Shown here: positions 25,956 through 38,999 of the stretch, in pieces | Layout of the letters: each line of letters starts with the position of its first letter | How positions within the stretch are numbered: the first letter of the stretch is position 1 | Source: Eledone cirrhosa | Taxonomy: Eukaryota | NCBI GenBank assembly: GCA_964016885.1 | Contig: OZ024742.1 | Span: forward strand, 219,666,001 to 219,730,000 | Reading direction: 5' to 3' | Length of the DNA: 64,000 nt | Translations under genes and position numbers: made by a program | Notes under the pieces: generated by a model | Database searches by the model: none | What the model was told of the DNA's origin: nothing | Seen by the model: only the letters and a program-made list of their open reading frames with translations

Positions 25956-26810
25956 CTAGCTGACGTACCCAGCTTCGCCCGGGTAAACAGATGATAAGAG
26001 AAGACAGGTAAAAGAGAAACTGACTGTATTGGATGTTTGTCTGGTCACAGTATGAGATGAGTCCGTGGTGTCTGTGTGGTACAAAAAACAGTAAAACAAA
26101 TCTTCCAGATATACCAGATTCTTCGTTGTACCGTTTGTGCATAGTATATGAACAATTCTAGGTGCTCCCACCTAGAATAGTGACCTCTAGGAGATGGTTC
26201 ATCTTCTGCCTCACTGTAAAACGTGTATCATTGCATAGACGTGGTTGTTCCACGTTTCTCAAAAGGATGATGGAAGTTCCAATCTTTTATATTATATGTA
26301 GATATAGATATAGATAATTAATATAAAAGATAATGCTCAGCCAGTTCGTCTTCAACCATCGTAGCACGCCGTCGCTGCTTGGCTCCAGTGTTTCGTTGGC
26401 GTTGTTCAACCAGCTCCTCTTCATTCATGGCGGCACGTCTTCGCCTCTGAAGTTCGACGTTCCGATGGCGCTGTTCGGCCCGTTTTTCTTCATTCCTGGC
26501 TGCACGCCGTCGCCGCTGTAGTTCACTGTTTGATAAAGTCGAATTGCTTTTACTTTCTGTGGAACGCTGCACGCACGCACACACACATAAACATACGCAC
26601 ACGTATATATACACGCACACATGGTAATTGTTACAGCGTTCACTTTGCCTCTCTGTTTCTTACTCTCCCCTCTCACTCCCTCATTGGTATTATGCATATT
26701 AATTTAAGTTTGGCGTCGTTGAGGTGGGCGGAGTCGTTTGAAACTTATGAACTAATGATAATCGAGAATTATGACACGGAATAATGACATTGTTGAAATT
26801 AATATATAGA
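25956..26810 (-). mobile_element. Non-autonomous Helitron derivative 2 (855 bp)
   Basis: 5' TC at 26810; 3' hairpin plus CTAG at 25956-25959; same large deletion as derivative 1 plus a second deletion at TTTTA microhomology (~26550). Confidence 0.92.
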
Positions 26811-27549
26811 CTAGCTGACGCACCCAGCTTCGCCCGGGTAAACAGATGATGAGAGAAGACAGGTAAAAGAAAAAATGACTGTATTAGATGTTTGTCTGGT
26901 TACAGTATGAGGCGAGGCCGTGATGTCTGTGTGATACCAAAAACAGTAAAAAAAAATCTTCCAGATATACCAGATTCTTCGTTGTACCGTTTGTGCATAG
27001 TATATGAACAATTCTAGGTGCTCCCACCTAGAATAGTGACCTCTAGGAGATGGTTCATCTTCTGCCTGACTGTAAAACGTGTATCATTGCATAGACGTGG
27101 TTGTTCCACGTTTCTCAAAAAGATGATGGAAGTTCCAATCTTTTATATTATATGTAGATATAGATATAGATAATTAATATAAAAGATGTCTGTCAATGTA
27201 AAAAAAGGTCCCTATTTACTTGAAATGGTTTATAAAAATGCCAAATTAATATGGATATGGATAACATGCTTATCTATAAGTGGTCAGCTATTATAATAAA
27301 ACAACAAATTATATGATACAAACATTTATTCAGTAATTTCCAGGCTCTTAGCCACTGAGTAATAGACAGTCAATATTGCCCAGAGTTCAACTCGGGGAGG
27401 TGGCCTGGTTTGAACTCCAAATGGCGGATCCTTCTACTTCGAAAATAGAATCGTTTTTCAATATTACTCTAGCCCTGGCCGGCCATAGGCACCAAACTTT
27501 TTACCAGAATCAGCATATGATGAGGTTTTATTACCACCTCTATCAGAAG

Positions 27550-27895
27550 CGATACATTTGAAGGCAATTTCTACCAATACTTGTTGGTTTTTATTGATCA
27601 TTATCGACAATAAATGACATTGAACAGAAATGATAACTCTGTCAAAGCTCACAATACTGATCAAAGGACACCAATGCCTGAATCATTTACGTCGAATATT
27701 CATAGCAGTGAAGGCAATTTCTACCAATACTTGTTGGTATTTATTGTGCAACATAGCAGTGAAAGTAATTTTTACCATTACTTGTTTGTTTTTATTGTTC
27801 ATAACGACATTAAATGACATTGAACATAAATGATAACTCTGTCAAAGCTCACAATACTGCTCAAAGTACACCAATGTCCGAATCATTTACGTCGC
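27550..27895. repeat. Tandem duplications in the Helitron 3' non-coding region (~197-bp and ~50-bp periods)
   Basis: taaatgacattgaaca.aaatgataactctgtcaaagctcacaatactg at 27611 and 27811; gaaggcaatttctaccaatacttgttgg repeated three times. Confidence 0.8.
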
Positions 27896-27924
27896 CTATT
27901 GATAGCATTAAAGATATGCATACA

Positions 27925-30900
27925 TCAGCTCAAAGCTTCATTATAGACAATATTCAGGGTTGTTCCTCTGTTAGTGGTATCAATTGCAAATTTTATACCA
28001 TCAGGATCGTACACTCGAGATGCAGCAACATACTGTTGCCCATGGCTGAATGCTGGATCATTCAAGTAGACACCGACTCGCTTGAAAGTCTGTCCCTGTG
28101 CCTTGTTGACAGTCATGGAGAAGGCCAAATTGACAGGAAACTGTCTCCTTTGCCAAATGAATGGCAGCAGATCTTCACTTGGTCTCAGCATGATCCTCGG
28201 AATGAGAACCGATTCCTCTCTGCCTGGGAGTTTAGCTTCTAAAACTCTTCCGTTAATCAATCTCTCAACAATCAATCTGGTACCATTGCAAAGGCCCATT
28301 TTATGATTGATATTTCTAAGCAATATAATTGGCATAGCCATTTTCAACCTCAAAATATGTGGGGGAAATCAAGGTATTTGAAGTGAATTCAGATACTCAG
28401 TCGGAAAATCCATATTGTTCTACTGATTAGGCTCCATTGCATCCGCACTGACGGTCAACCATTCCTCTCCAGGAAACATTCCGGCTACTTGTGAATTTAT
28501 TTCATCGACCGTTGCATTCGTATGAGTTAGAATAACGCGTTCCAGGAGATTTCCAGGAGATATCCAGGAGATATTCTGCCAAAAAGCATTCAAATTAGGG
28601 AACACCCAGTCAATCAATGCTTGGCGGTCCAGTGGCATGACCAAATGGTCTGGGATTCTTACAGTCTGATTATCACCAACGTGTGGCAATTCATGGTTTC
28701 CCAACTGCATCAACCATCGGCCGTATGTCTCAGCCTCTTCGTTTTGCTCGAAATACGAAGTCGCATATTATCGTGTAATCGCAAAACTCTGAAATGGCGC
28801 CACAACGGGGACTTTTTCAGACATGCATCGACAATTTGCGCTCTTTGAGCATTCCTAACAATTGGTAGCACCTGTCAGAAATCGCCACCAAGAACGATAG
28901 CCTTACCACCGAATCGCAGATATCTCTCAAACCTCTGTCCAATGCCTCCAGCAAATATCTGTGTGCCATTGGAGCTTCGTCCCAAATAATCAGAGACGTA
29001 TTGCGTATAAGGCCCGCGAGTTCACTTTGTCCTGTAATGATACAGACACTCAACTCATTCGGAGCCAATGGAGCCTTGAAGCATGAGTGGAAGGTCCTTC
29101 CACCACTCAGCAAAGTGGCAGCGATCTCACTGGTGGCTACAGGGAGAGTAATCTTCCTCTGAGCTCTGACTTCCGATAACATAGTGTTGAAACAGAATAT
29201 CTTTCCGGTGCCTCCTGGAGCATCTATGAAAGCACAAAGTTGCTCATTAGTGGAAATCGAGTGGAGAACGGCATCGACCAATTCTCTCTGAGATTGGGTC
29301 AACATTTGCATACGTTCATCCACAATACGTTGCTGTTTCAGTGGATCAAACTGGAATAGTTCCCTCCGATCGAGTGGCAACCGTCTAAGCTGTAATCTCA
29401 TGTTCAATGCTAAGACACGTTGCCACATTTCTTCATCAGGAATTGGCAAATTGAAATCTGTTAAACATTTGAAATGAACTTCAAGCAGTTGCTCAATATT
29501 GAGCAAAACAATAGCTTTCATCAAAACCACCTGAAGATGATGCCTAAAATCATCAGCCATAATTCCCCAATGGCGTTCAAATAACTCTCTTGGATCGGCA
29601 GGATTGCAGAATCCTAGAATCGTGACAAACAACTGCCTTATTTGAGCTGGCATCTGTGTTGTTCCTGCAGCTTCCATGGCGTTATTCCATTCAGCGTCAT
29701 CCCGAGGAGTCCCAGATGCTGACACACAGCCTGGTATGTTTCATATTCCACGCCATTGATTGTTTTCAAATTATGCAACAGAATTCGGAGATAAAACACA
29801 TCACCAGATGCTGGATGGACATTACAAACCCGTCCAATAGTCATGAATCTCAACTTTAGTTTTCTATCATTCCATTTCTTTCCCTTCTTATCCCACGTAT
29901 AGTGCGAAGGGAAATCGCAGTAGAGTTGCTTTTGATCCGGGTTCAAAGCATGTTCCCTATTATGCTTGAACCACTCAGTCAATTCCGTCTTAGGAGGTGG
30001 TGCGTTAGCAATTCTTTCGACACCTCTTCTTGTGTCCTGAAAACAGACCATTTGCCTATACTCTAAGTGAACCGTCAGTTCTGAACGCTGGGTTCGCGTT
30101 CATTGAGATCAAAATCGAACAATCTCCAGCAAGCTTCGCTAGATCCAATCAAGCGAACATCCTGGAACCTGCCAACTTCATCTCCTTGGTTCGCTTCCTC
30201 ATTCTTGACATTGAGCATTGCCCGATCATGACCTTTGTAAACACTGAGCTACACATTTCCACATTAATATGACAACGATATTTCATAATCAAATATGGAT
30301 TGTATGGCACAACCCATTGATTTATAACCTGTCGACCGTTTATATTTTCGACCAAACCGCCATCTGCAGGCGACCGTCTTCTGTATGAGGGATAAGCATT
30401 CCCATCGTTCCAGGAAGTGTTCGTGACAAAAGATTTCGGAAAGTGCTTACTGCATTGGCCATTTTTCATGCAAAGCGCTTTCCGATTTGCCACTCCGCAT
30501 TGGTTGTGCACCATTGACTTTGCCACCAAGTTGCATAGTGCCTCATTCTCTTGCAGTTCAGCACACACAATGCTGTCGACATCCTCAGCACATCTCAATT
30601 TGCAATCTCTATGTAAAATGATCAGCAAATGTGCATGTGGCAATCCTATTTTTTGGAATTCAATTACGTATGTAAAAGCAACTATACCTCCAAAGATTCC
30701 CTCTTCCATTATCTTTTTCAGATATCCTTTGAATACTCTTGCCACAATATCAGGACGGTCCTTTGGCTGTTGTCCTGGCAAAAGTGCATCTTTAATATCA
30801 GTCCATTCAGGATTGCATGTAACCGTTAAAAACAAATCTGGCTTTCCAAACTTTCTGACATTAGCCATTGCATCCTGATAGCGAATGTTCATATATCTCG

Positions 30901-32430
30901 GGCCGCCGATGAACGACGATGGAAAAATGAATGCGTCGACCAATTTACTTGTAATTGGCATCATCGGCTGTTATTGCACCTGTATATTATTATACAATTC
31001 AGCTCTGATATGTTGCTGATGTGTATCTATATAATTTAGCCGTTGATTTTCGATCTTTGCAAATGCCATGCAACAGTATTCCTGCTGGCTTGAAATAGCG
31101 CATTTCTCTGTTGATTCCTCTCGTTCAAATGGAACGCGTAAAAGTCGCGAATCGAATTATTGTGTCTATTGCCACCTCCCTGTTGATGCTGATTCTCATG
31201 ATCATCTAAATGAACAGACATGTTCCATCCATTTTCACCTTTTGGGAATAAAAGAACATAATGCAATGGATCGTATGCCCTGTTTGACTCATTGATAATC
31301 TTGAGACCACCATCTCTGCGATTGGGGACGATATCTCTCGATCCAGGCTTATCGTCCATCAACACAGCAACTTCATGAAATCCTTCAGGGGCATTATATC
31401 GCCGTTCGTGTTGATTCCTTGGCACTGCGTCAGCCTTAATCACCAGTGTTTGCTGCTGAACATTTTGCAGTTCAGCCACCAACATGAAATCCATAACATA
31501 AGGATTACACTGTCTAAGCCATGATTGCAAATCACGGATCAAATCACTTAACCTTTGCCGCTCAAGTTCAGTTATATTTCCCGGCAACTTCATCCAACCG
31601 ATCCTGATATCCTCCTCCGATTCACTATAATCTGGATCATTAACGTAAATTTGAGCGAATCAAGGCCTCTCTCCTGGGGTAACTTCTAAATTACCGATAC
31701 AATGATACAAACGGCATTGAATGACTACATTCGGTTGCCATGCTCCACTCTCAAACATCTCACTAACTCTCTGCAATGCTAAAGCTAATGAATTGTTAAT
31801 TTGCCGCGAATATTTGCGCAGTAATCTACCTCGGTCTCCTTGATCACCCCACATACTTAGTATTTTAAATTCCGGTGACTCCTCATCATCCGGCATTCGC
31901 AAGGGTTCTAGTTGAACTGCTCCTTTATGACAGCACATTGTGGTCCACGTCTTTTCGTGCCTCCAAAGCAATGCTCCAAAATGTGGACACTCTGCTCGTC
32001 CACCAATCTGAAAATGACACGGTTGCCATGATCCATTTTAAATATCATTCGTTCGCCTTCTGGCCTCTTTACTGGAATGAGGAGCACTTTGGCGACACAT
32101 TCTCTGAACTTCTGTATTGCGCTGACGCTGTTCAGCCAGCTCCTCTTCATCCATGGCAGCACGCCGTTGCTGCTGAATTCTGGCCATCTGCTGATGATGC
32201 TCAGCCAGTTCGTCTTCAACCATCGTAGCACGCCGTCGCTGCTTGGCTCCAGTGTTTCGTTGGCGTTGTTCAGCCAGCTCCTCTTCATTCATGGCGGCAC
32301 GTCTTCGTCTCTGAAGTTCGGCGTTCCGATGGCGCTGTTCGGCCCGTTTTTCTTCATTGCTGGTTGCACGCCGTCCCCGCTGTAGTTCACTGTTTGATAA
32401 AGTCGAATTGCTTTTATTATCAGTATTCAT
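27925..32430 (-). pseudogene. Helitron RepHel transposase (HUH Rep plus Pif1-family helicase), frameshifted
   Basis: N-terminal 23-aa repeats; CCHKGAVQL; AYDPLHYVLLFPKGENGW; PSSFIGGPRYM, GKPDLFLTVTCNPEW, EFQKIGLPHAHLLI (HUH), VVPYNPYLIMKYRCHINVE; helicase FIDAPGGTGK, GGRTFHS, IIWDEAPM, GLCNGTRL, RRQFPVNLAFSMTVNKAQGQT, FSHGQQYVAASRV. Confidence 0.95.
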
Positions 32431-33172
32431 TTCGAGCAATTGTCAAAAAATGACACAATAATAAATATAAAAGATGTCAGTCAATGTAAAAAGAGGTCCC
32501 TATTTACTCCCTTCACAATTCTGTGTATGTTAGACAGACAGGCACACAGACAGATAAACTGCGTGGCGATTGTGGAACGCCACATACATACACGCATGGA
32601 AACGCGCACACGCACGCAAACTTACACACGCACACACTCACACATGTTGATAGTTTTTACTTCCTGTGGAACGCTGCACGCACGCACACACACATAAACA
32701 TACGCGCACGTACATACACACGCACACATGTTAATAGTTATTGAACACAGCGTTCACACTCTCCCCTCTCACTCCCTCATTGGCATTATGCATATTAATT
32801 TCAGTTTGGCGTCGTTGAGGTGGGCGGAGTCGTTTGAAACCTATGAACCAATGATAATCGAGAATTATGACACACGGAATACTGACGTTCTTGAAGTTAA
32901 TAAATAGATAACGGTTTGGTGTCATCGTTGTTCATTTATATATATTCATTTTCTGCGTGATCAGGGAACAATCATATTATTATCTTATTGAACACTTACT
33001 CACTTACCTGCACACATGCAGCCTCTGGTCACACTATATCACACAACAGTGACCACACAACACAGCAAGCTACAAGTGAGCACACACACACACACGCGCA
33101 ACAGACGAATTAACACCACAACACAATCAACTACCAACTACGACCATCAAATTCTCGCTATATATATATATG

Positions 33173-33804
33173 TGAAGCGAAGCTGGTTAGTAGTTATCAT
33201 TAGAAGAAATAACGGTGGATTGGCAGTATCGGTAGAGGGTCGGACGCCATGCTTTCCAGCATAGTTACGTCCCTTTACGATCTGAGTTCAAATCCCGCCG
33301 AGGTTGACTTTGCCTTTCATCCTTACGGGGTCGATAAAATAAAGTACTAGTAATGCACTGGGTAATTGCTGGCCTTGTGCCTAAAGTAGAAACAATCATT
33401 AGAAGAAATAACACGAATAGCTGGTTTACTTTTGAAAAAAAAGATTTACTTCACTACACTTCATAAATGAACAAAGAATAGGTTACTAAGAGTTATAACG
33501 GTTGAAGATGTTTTTGACGTTGCTTCATGATGCTGGTGTAGTCTGAGACCAAGAGAGAGAGAGAGTAAAGGTCTGTAGCAGTCTGTAGTTAGAGGTGAAT
33601 GTTTTACATAGCTATTCTCTCGCGTACTGATCCGATCTCTCTGCATCTTCCTTGGTCTTATAAGGCTATTTATGCCTGTCGTTTTCTGTTTCCCGCCTCG
33701 AGGGATCGCCCACGCATGAACTTGTTTACGCTGTAAAGGAGGTGACCCGGAATTTGACCTTTCTGTGTCACCCAGGGTTCAAGGTGTGGACAGATTTCGC
33801 TACA
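33173..33804 (-). mobile_element. Solo LTR (same family as 24390 and related to 20336) containing a SINE
   Basis: TGAAGCGAA...TTCGCTACA termini; minus strand starts TGTAGCGAAATCTGTCCACACCTTGA; ataaatagcc TATA-like box; TSD imperfect. Confidence 0.65.
33214..33394 (+). mobile_element. Family A SINE with perfect 18-bp TSD
   Basis: ATCATTAGAAGAAATAAC at 33196-33213 and 33395-33412 flanks the SINE. Confidence 0.9.
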
Positions 33805-34384
33805 TGTATGTGTCTGCTGTGTTTACATCATTTACTCTTTGTGTCCCGTAACATAGTTAGATCGATAAAATAAGTACCAGATTTTAAAAAAGTGCTTGGG
33901 CCGATGTATGGTCGCAGTCTAATAACTGAAACTAGTAAAAGAAAAAAATAACTGAAGCGCGTTAAAGCCATAATTTCACATATTGATACCACTTTTATAA
34001 GTATGTGAGTAGACATAGTAGTGGACAGTTCGTAGGGAGATTGACAGTGCGTATTATATCTATATATATAGGCAATACTAGGAAGTCAATCCTAGATGCG
34101 TAGAAATCGTACAATATTTAACTACAGTAAAGAGGGAAACACTTTAATACAGTTTTAGACGAATTAGACAAGGGAAATAAATCTTGAAGCACACAACAGA
34201 AACCTCTGCAGGAATTATTTCCCTTTGATCATTTTTCAAATTGATTTAAAAAGTTGGAATACGACGACGAATTCTTGGTCACTCGATCAGCTAAAAAATA
34301 TCTCCAACAAAATATAAAAATAAAATCACACCAAGAAACATCAACGTTTTCGAACTAATCACATTCACAACACTATAATACTGT

Positions 34385-34845
34385 GAGGTGGAAGATGAGG
34401 CACTTGAGTCCACAATGGATTCACAATAGCATTTGTATGACTCGCAGATCCGGAGGCCGAGCTTCAGGGAAACACCGATGCGCAGGCAGTCGCTGTTTCA
34501 TCTGGGTATCAGTTAATAGCGAAGATCAAGCGCCAGACCAAACACCACCGTGACATTAGGTGGCGTTATGAGCAAAAACATGCCAAACGGTACTGGTCAA
34601 GCCGGCGCACAAGGCTGTTCCAGGGCTGAATGTGGATCAATCAGGTTGAGTCAGCTCCTAAGTATTTCGAGCTGGCGAAACCTGGACTTGATGATTGAAC
34701 GGACGACAAGCGGCAAGATCGACGAACCGAGGATGAGGACGTCTTTCTTTGAGGTGAAATCTACCCGATGGAGCATTGATCGCACGTCCGAGGAACAGGC
34801 TGCGAAGCCTTCTGCGTTATATATGACGTTCACAACCTCCGCCGT
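34385..34845 (-). mobile_element. CRE-clade retrotransposon fragment (post-RT region and zinc knuckle), internally deleted
   Basis: NVIYNAEGFAACSSDVRSML...DVLILGSSI parallels the 1500-1630 region; CLRIGVSLKLGLRICESYKCYCESIVDS matches CRE LRLG..C..H.C.CG..VD. Confidence 0.75.
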
Positions 34846-34934
34846 TAGAAAAAGAAATACGTATCTTTACTCTATGGATGACGACTGTTTTATCGTGAAT
34901 ATGATTAACTAAAAGAAGCAAGCTCATCAAAGAA

Positions 34935-35105
34935 ATTAGTGGTTAGAGCATTGGGCTCACAATCGTCAGGTTGTGAGTTTGGTTCCCGGACTGGATGGTG
35001 CATTGTGTCCTTGAACAAGACACTTTATTTCACGCGGCTCTGGTTCACTCAGCTGTAGAAATGAGTTGCATCGTCATTGGTGCCAAGCTGTATCGACCTT
35101 TGTTT
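34935..35105 (+). mobile_element. Family B SINE
   Basis: ttagtggttagagcattgg...gttgtgagtttggttccc...ccttgaacaagacactttatttcac...actcagctgtagaaatgag. Confidence 0.75.
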
Positions 35106-35653
35106 TTACCTTGGACAACATATATAGTGTATATATAATGTATATTCAGTGTATATATAAGATGCAACGTCATTGGAGCTAAGCTGTATCAACCTTTTCC
35201 TTTCTCTTGGATAACATTGGGGGCGTGAAGAGGAGAGACTGGTATATATGGGCGACTTCTGGTCTTGCACAAAAAACACTTTGCCCATTTAGTACTTAGT
35301 TTAAAAAAGGTAAACTTAACCCCAGCAGAATGTGATTTCAGAATTTAAAAGGGGATAACTTGATACTACACTACATTTCATCTAGTTTTCTGACAGCGAC
35401 TGTCTTAATAAAGGGAAGTAACTAGAAACAACAGTGGGTGTAATCTAGTGAATTCCTGAATCCAACAATCTATAAAGAAGAGAAGCAACTACATACTACA
35501 CTATATATTGTCTCACGGTGCACTCATTCTGGCATGTTCTATAATTTGCTTTATACATGTGCACATTATATGTTTAAAATCATATTTACAACAGAGTGAT
35601 AATCAATCATATAAGAGTGCTCTATTATTTGCATCTTACAAAATTATGGAATA

Positions 35654-36568
35654 TCTGTATATATATAATTAAGTATGTGTGTGTGTGTCTGTGTATTACC
35701 TATAGGGGCCTACATTTAACGACCGATTTTCATGAAACTTTACAGGCTCATAGATTAGTCATCGGGGAGTGGTTTCTATATATCAGCGTATGGTTTTTTG
35801 TTTTTTTTATTCCGGGGTCATTCTGCAAATAAAAATCGCTGGGGGGTCACCTTTTTTTAGGTATCGAAAAATAAGATTTTTGGCTCTAGCTCCCACATTT
35901 TACCACCGATTTCGTTCAAATTTTAAAGCAAAATAGAATTTATCATTGCACATCCTGTAATGGCTTTATATTTTGCATTTGGTGTTCAAGGACGGCGTGG
36001 TAGCCGTTTAAATATTCAAAAATACCACTTTTAGACTCAAATTTTTCGGCTCTCGCTCCCACATTAATCAACCTACTTTGTTCAGATTTTACACTACGCT
36101 AGATCTGATTATTTCACGTCTTAAAGTGGCTTTACATTTTGGATTTTTTGTTCAGGAACGGCGTGACAGCCGCTTAAATATTCGAAAATACCACCTTTTC
36201 GCTCAAATTTCCGCCTTTTCGGCTCCAGCTCCCACATTTTTCAACCGATTTCGTCCAAATTCGAAACTTCGGCTCCACCTCACACAAATCAATTTATTTG
36301 GTTCAACTTTTATACTACGATAGAACCTATCATTGCACATATTATAGTAGCTTTACACTTTGCATTTTTTTTCAGGGACGGCGTGGCAGCCGTTTAACTC
36401 TTCAAAATACGATTTTTTCCACCTCCCACATATTCCATACGATTTCACTCAACATTTCGCCATTTGCTACACCTTACGACCGATTTTCAAGAAACTCGCA
36501 GATCAACACCTTTTCATCAAAGCAGATATTATTTTACCTACCCAGGCAACGCTGGGTACTGCTGCTAG
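35654..36568 (+). mobile_element. Non-autonomous Helitron (915 bp), separate family, with internal ~170-220 bp repeats
   Basis: A|TCTGTATATATATAATT start; CCCAG-GCAACG-CTGGG hairpin, then CTAG|T end; acggcgtg..agccg.ttaa motif three times (~35992, ~36158, ~36377). Confidence 0.8.
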
Positions 36569-36904
36569 TAATCAAATAAAGTTATGTAAAAAAAAATACA
36601 TAGGTGATTATCTTTCACACAGCAATAGTGCTCTTCTCAATACGTGTGTCATACCAGTTTAAACAATTTACACTTCTTGTAGTGATGGTAATCAGGGGAT
36701 CATCTAAAATAATTTTATTATAATTATTATTATTATACTCTGAAAACATTGGTTCTCATTCGATCACTGAAGTTCAGCAATGTCGTGGCTAGTTAGTTAG
36801 TGCTTAGGAAACCTAGGTGCTGTAAGCATCTCCAATTAAATCATTATTATTATTAAGACAGGGGCTCTGTAAGCCATGGAGAAGGCACTGATGGCAATTG
36901 AAAT

Positions 36905-38290
36905 GATTTCTTTATTAGCCATGCAGGTCTTACATGAAGAAAAACATTAAGGACAGTACAGATAGAACAATACGAAAAAAGTGTGGGTTTTAATATGTAA
37001 AAAAGTCCATGTAATGAGATATAAAAACAAATTCAAACAAAATAAATTCCCCAATAGGGGGACTTCTGAGGATCACACATGGAAAAAGCCCACAAAATGC
37101 CATGGTCACCCTGACCACCAGGGCAAATGCCCTCTCCCAGTTCTCCACTTCCAATCTACAGGCACATATTCAGATCAGGCCAATTCACTCAGGCTATGCT
37201 TGCCTCTCTCACTCATCTTTCAACAAACTTTTTTGAAGGCAGCATTTCCCTCTCCACTCTGACTTTTCTCTTCAAATGAAACTTGAAAAAGTTAATTTGG
37301 GCTTTACCGAAGAGGAAAGTTCTTGTCTTCAGTCCTTTTAGATGTGTCCAACACACAACCTCTTTCACCATGGCCACCGGGCAGATAAAAACTGCTTGCC
37401 TTTCTCAGCTAAATGAAGGGGTGGGGCTATCTTTATGATGGACTCAGCTGATAGCTGGATCCATGCTACACATGACAGCAGGTGTTCAACATAAACCCAC
37501 AAGTCAGCAATGCTCGGACACTGGACAAGTGCATGCAAGATGGTTTTGTTGCCCCGCATGCATCTTGGACAGGCCCAGCTGATGGCACTTCCTTACCAAG
37601 AGAGTTTATCTCAAACTGGCAATATTCCCCACTGGTACTGTCAGGCCAGGGATTTCTGAAAGATGTCCATGGGCTCTGGTCCGAAGGTTTTTTGGAAAAG
37701 ATTGGCTAGTTGATTTTCATCGACACCCAGAGTCTCCCCAAGGACATCACATTTACCCTCCACTAACCCTCTATAGAATGCCAGCATGGAGTTTCCACTG
37801 ATCGTACTGTCCGATTGGCTGAGGGCTGTGAGTGCTTACAGACATTCCAGTCTCCAAGCATTCTTCTCGATCTTTGCTTGACCCAGGACTGCAGCTCCAT
37901 CAAGGAGACGAGCTGGGGAAAAAAATGTGTTTAGTCAATGGAGGCAACACCTGTTCACTGTCAAGGAAGAGTTGGAGATGTTGTAGCCTCAGTGCATGTT
38001 TGTGCATCATTAGCCAAGCCATGCCCAGCCCTCCACGCAGCAGGTGTTAATGATAAATGGACTGCCTAACCAGTGAAACCTGTCCCTTCCACAAGAAGTG
38101 AAAGAGTAGGCACTCCTGTGCAGCCAGACATGGACCGGGACAAGGCATAATGATCAGGCAGTAGTAGATGATGAAAGTGAAGTATGTGTTCACCACCTCT
38201 GCCTGACTTTTCAGGAATAGCTTCCTTTTTGTCCATTTGGAGCTCTAGACGAAACCTGACCCTGAGCAATTTAACTGGTATGTCTGTCCA
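36905..38290 (-). mobile_element. Decayed L1/Tx1-type LINE 3' portion
   Basis: TILHALVQCPSIADLW (zf-RVT CCHC region); GGLGM-like motif near 38020-38035; AATAAA near the 3' end. Confidence 0.65.
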
Positions 38291-38999
38291 GAGCCCAACA
38301 CTGCTGTGGCCAGCATAGTGATGGCAATTGAAATAAGATTACACTAGGCAGGCATGTACTCAATAAGGCAACCCATCTAGTAGAGCAGTCACTCTGAATA
38401 AAAGCTGATATAGGGTGAAAAGGTCTCTTAAGTCTGGTCAGACAACCTCTCTAATGTTGGTTGCATGGAAAATGCACCCAGTCTATGCTGTAAAGTGATT
38501 GGTGATAGAAAGAGTATCCAATCAGAATAACCCTGCCAAAATTATGATTGTCATCAAACCCATGCGAGCATGGAAAAGTGGACCTAAAATGAGGATAATG
38601 TTGATGATAATGTCAACACAACGGTTATTTGTCACACATGAATAAATTTCCAGTATGTTTCTGCTATTTATTGTTTCTGTGTTTGCAAAAAGCACAATTT
38701 AATTAATTAGATTTGAATTCAGAATACAAAAATATAAAATGAAATACAAGAAATTTTGTCAACAGCTCTACAAATTCTGCCATCAACTTCTTGAATAATG
38801 ATGGCAATATTTTCTTAAATGAATACTGAAGCAGACATTTACTAGTAAAGATATATCATAATTACTGGTACTCTTTTATTAACCTCAATATGTTACTGGT
38901 AGTATTTATCAACATCTCTCTTCACTGTAGATATACCATATATTAAACACCAAAGTTAGTTTGACTCAAGCTCGTCAGGCACATCAAGCCAGTGCTTAT

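Larger units (their letters stand above)
26811..32908 (-). mobile_element. Full-length but decayed autonomous-type Helitron (~6.1 kb)
   Basis: A|TC 5' end at 32908; 3' hairpin plus CTAG at 26811-26814; encodes RepHel. Confidence 0.95.
24390..33162 (+). mobile_element. Solo LTR split by the Helitron array (24390-24834 and 32909-33162)
   Basis: Start (a)GTAGCGAAATCTGTCCACACCTTGA identical to the LTR end at 33804; TATA-like ataaatagcc; probable end caactacca...ttctcgctata; TATA on both flanks. Confidence 0.55.

Noticed and set aside
27925-29725. Host PIF1 helicase gene
   Set aside because: Frameshifted, intronless, fused to a HUH Rep domain and bounded by Helitron termini
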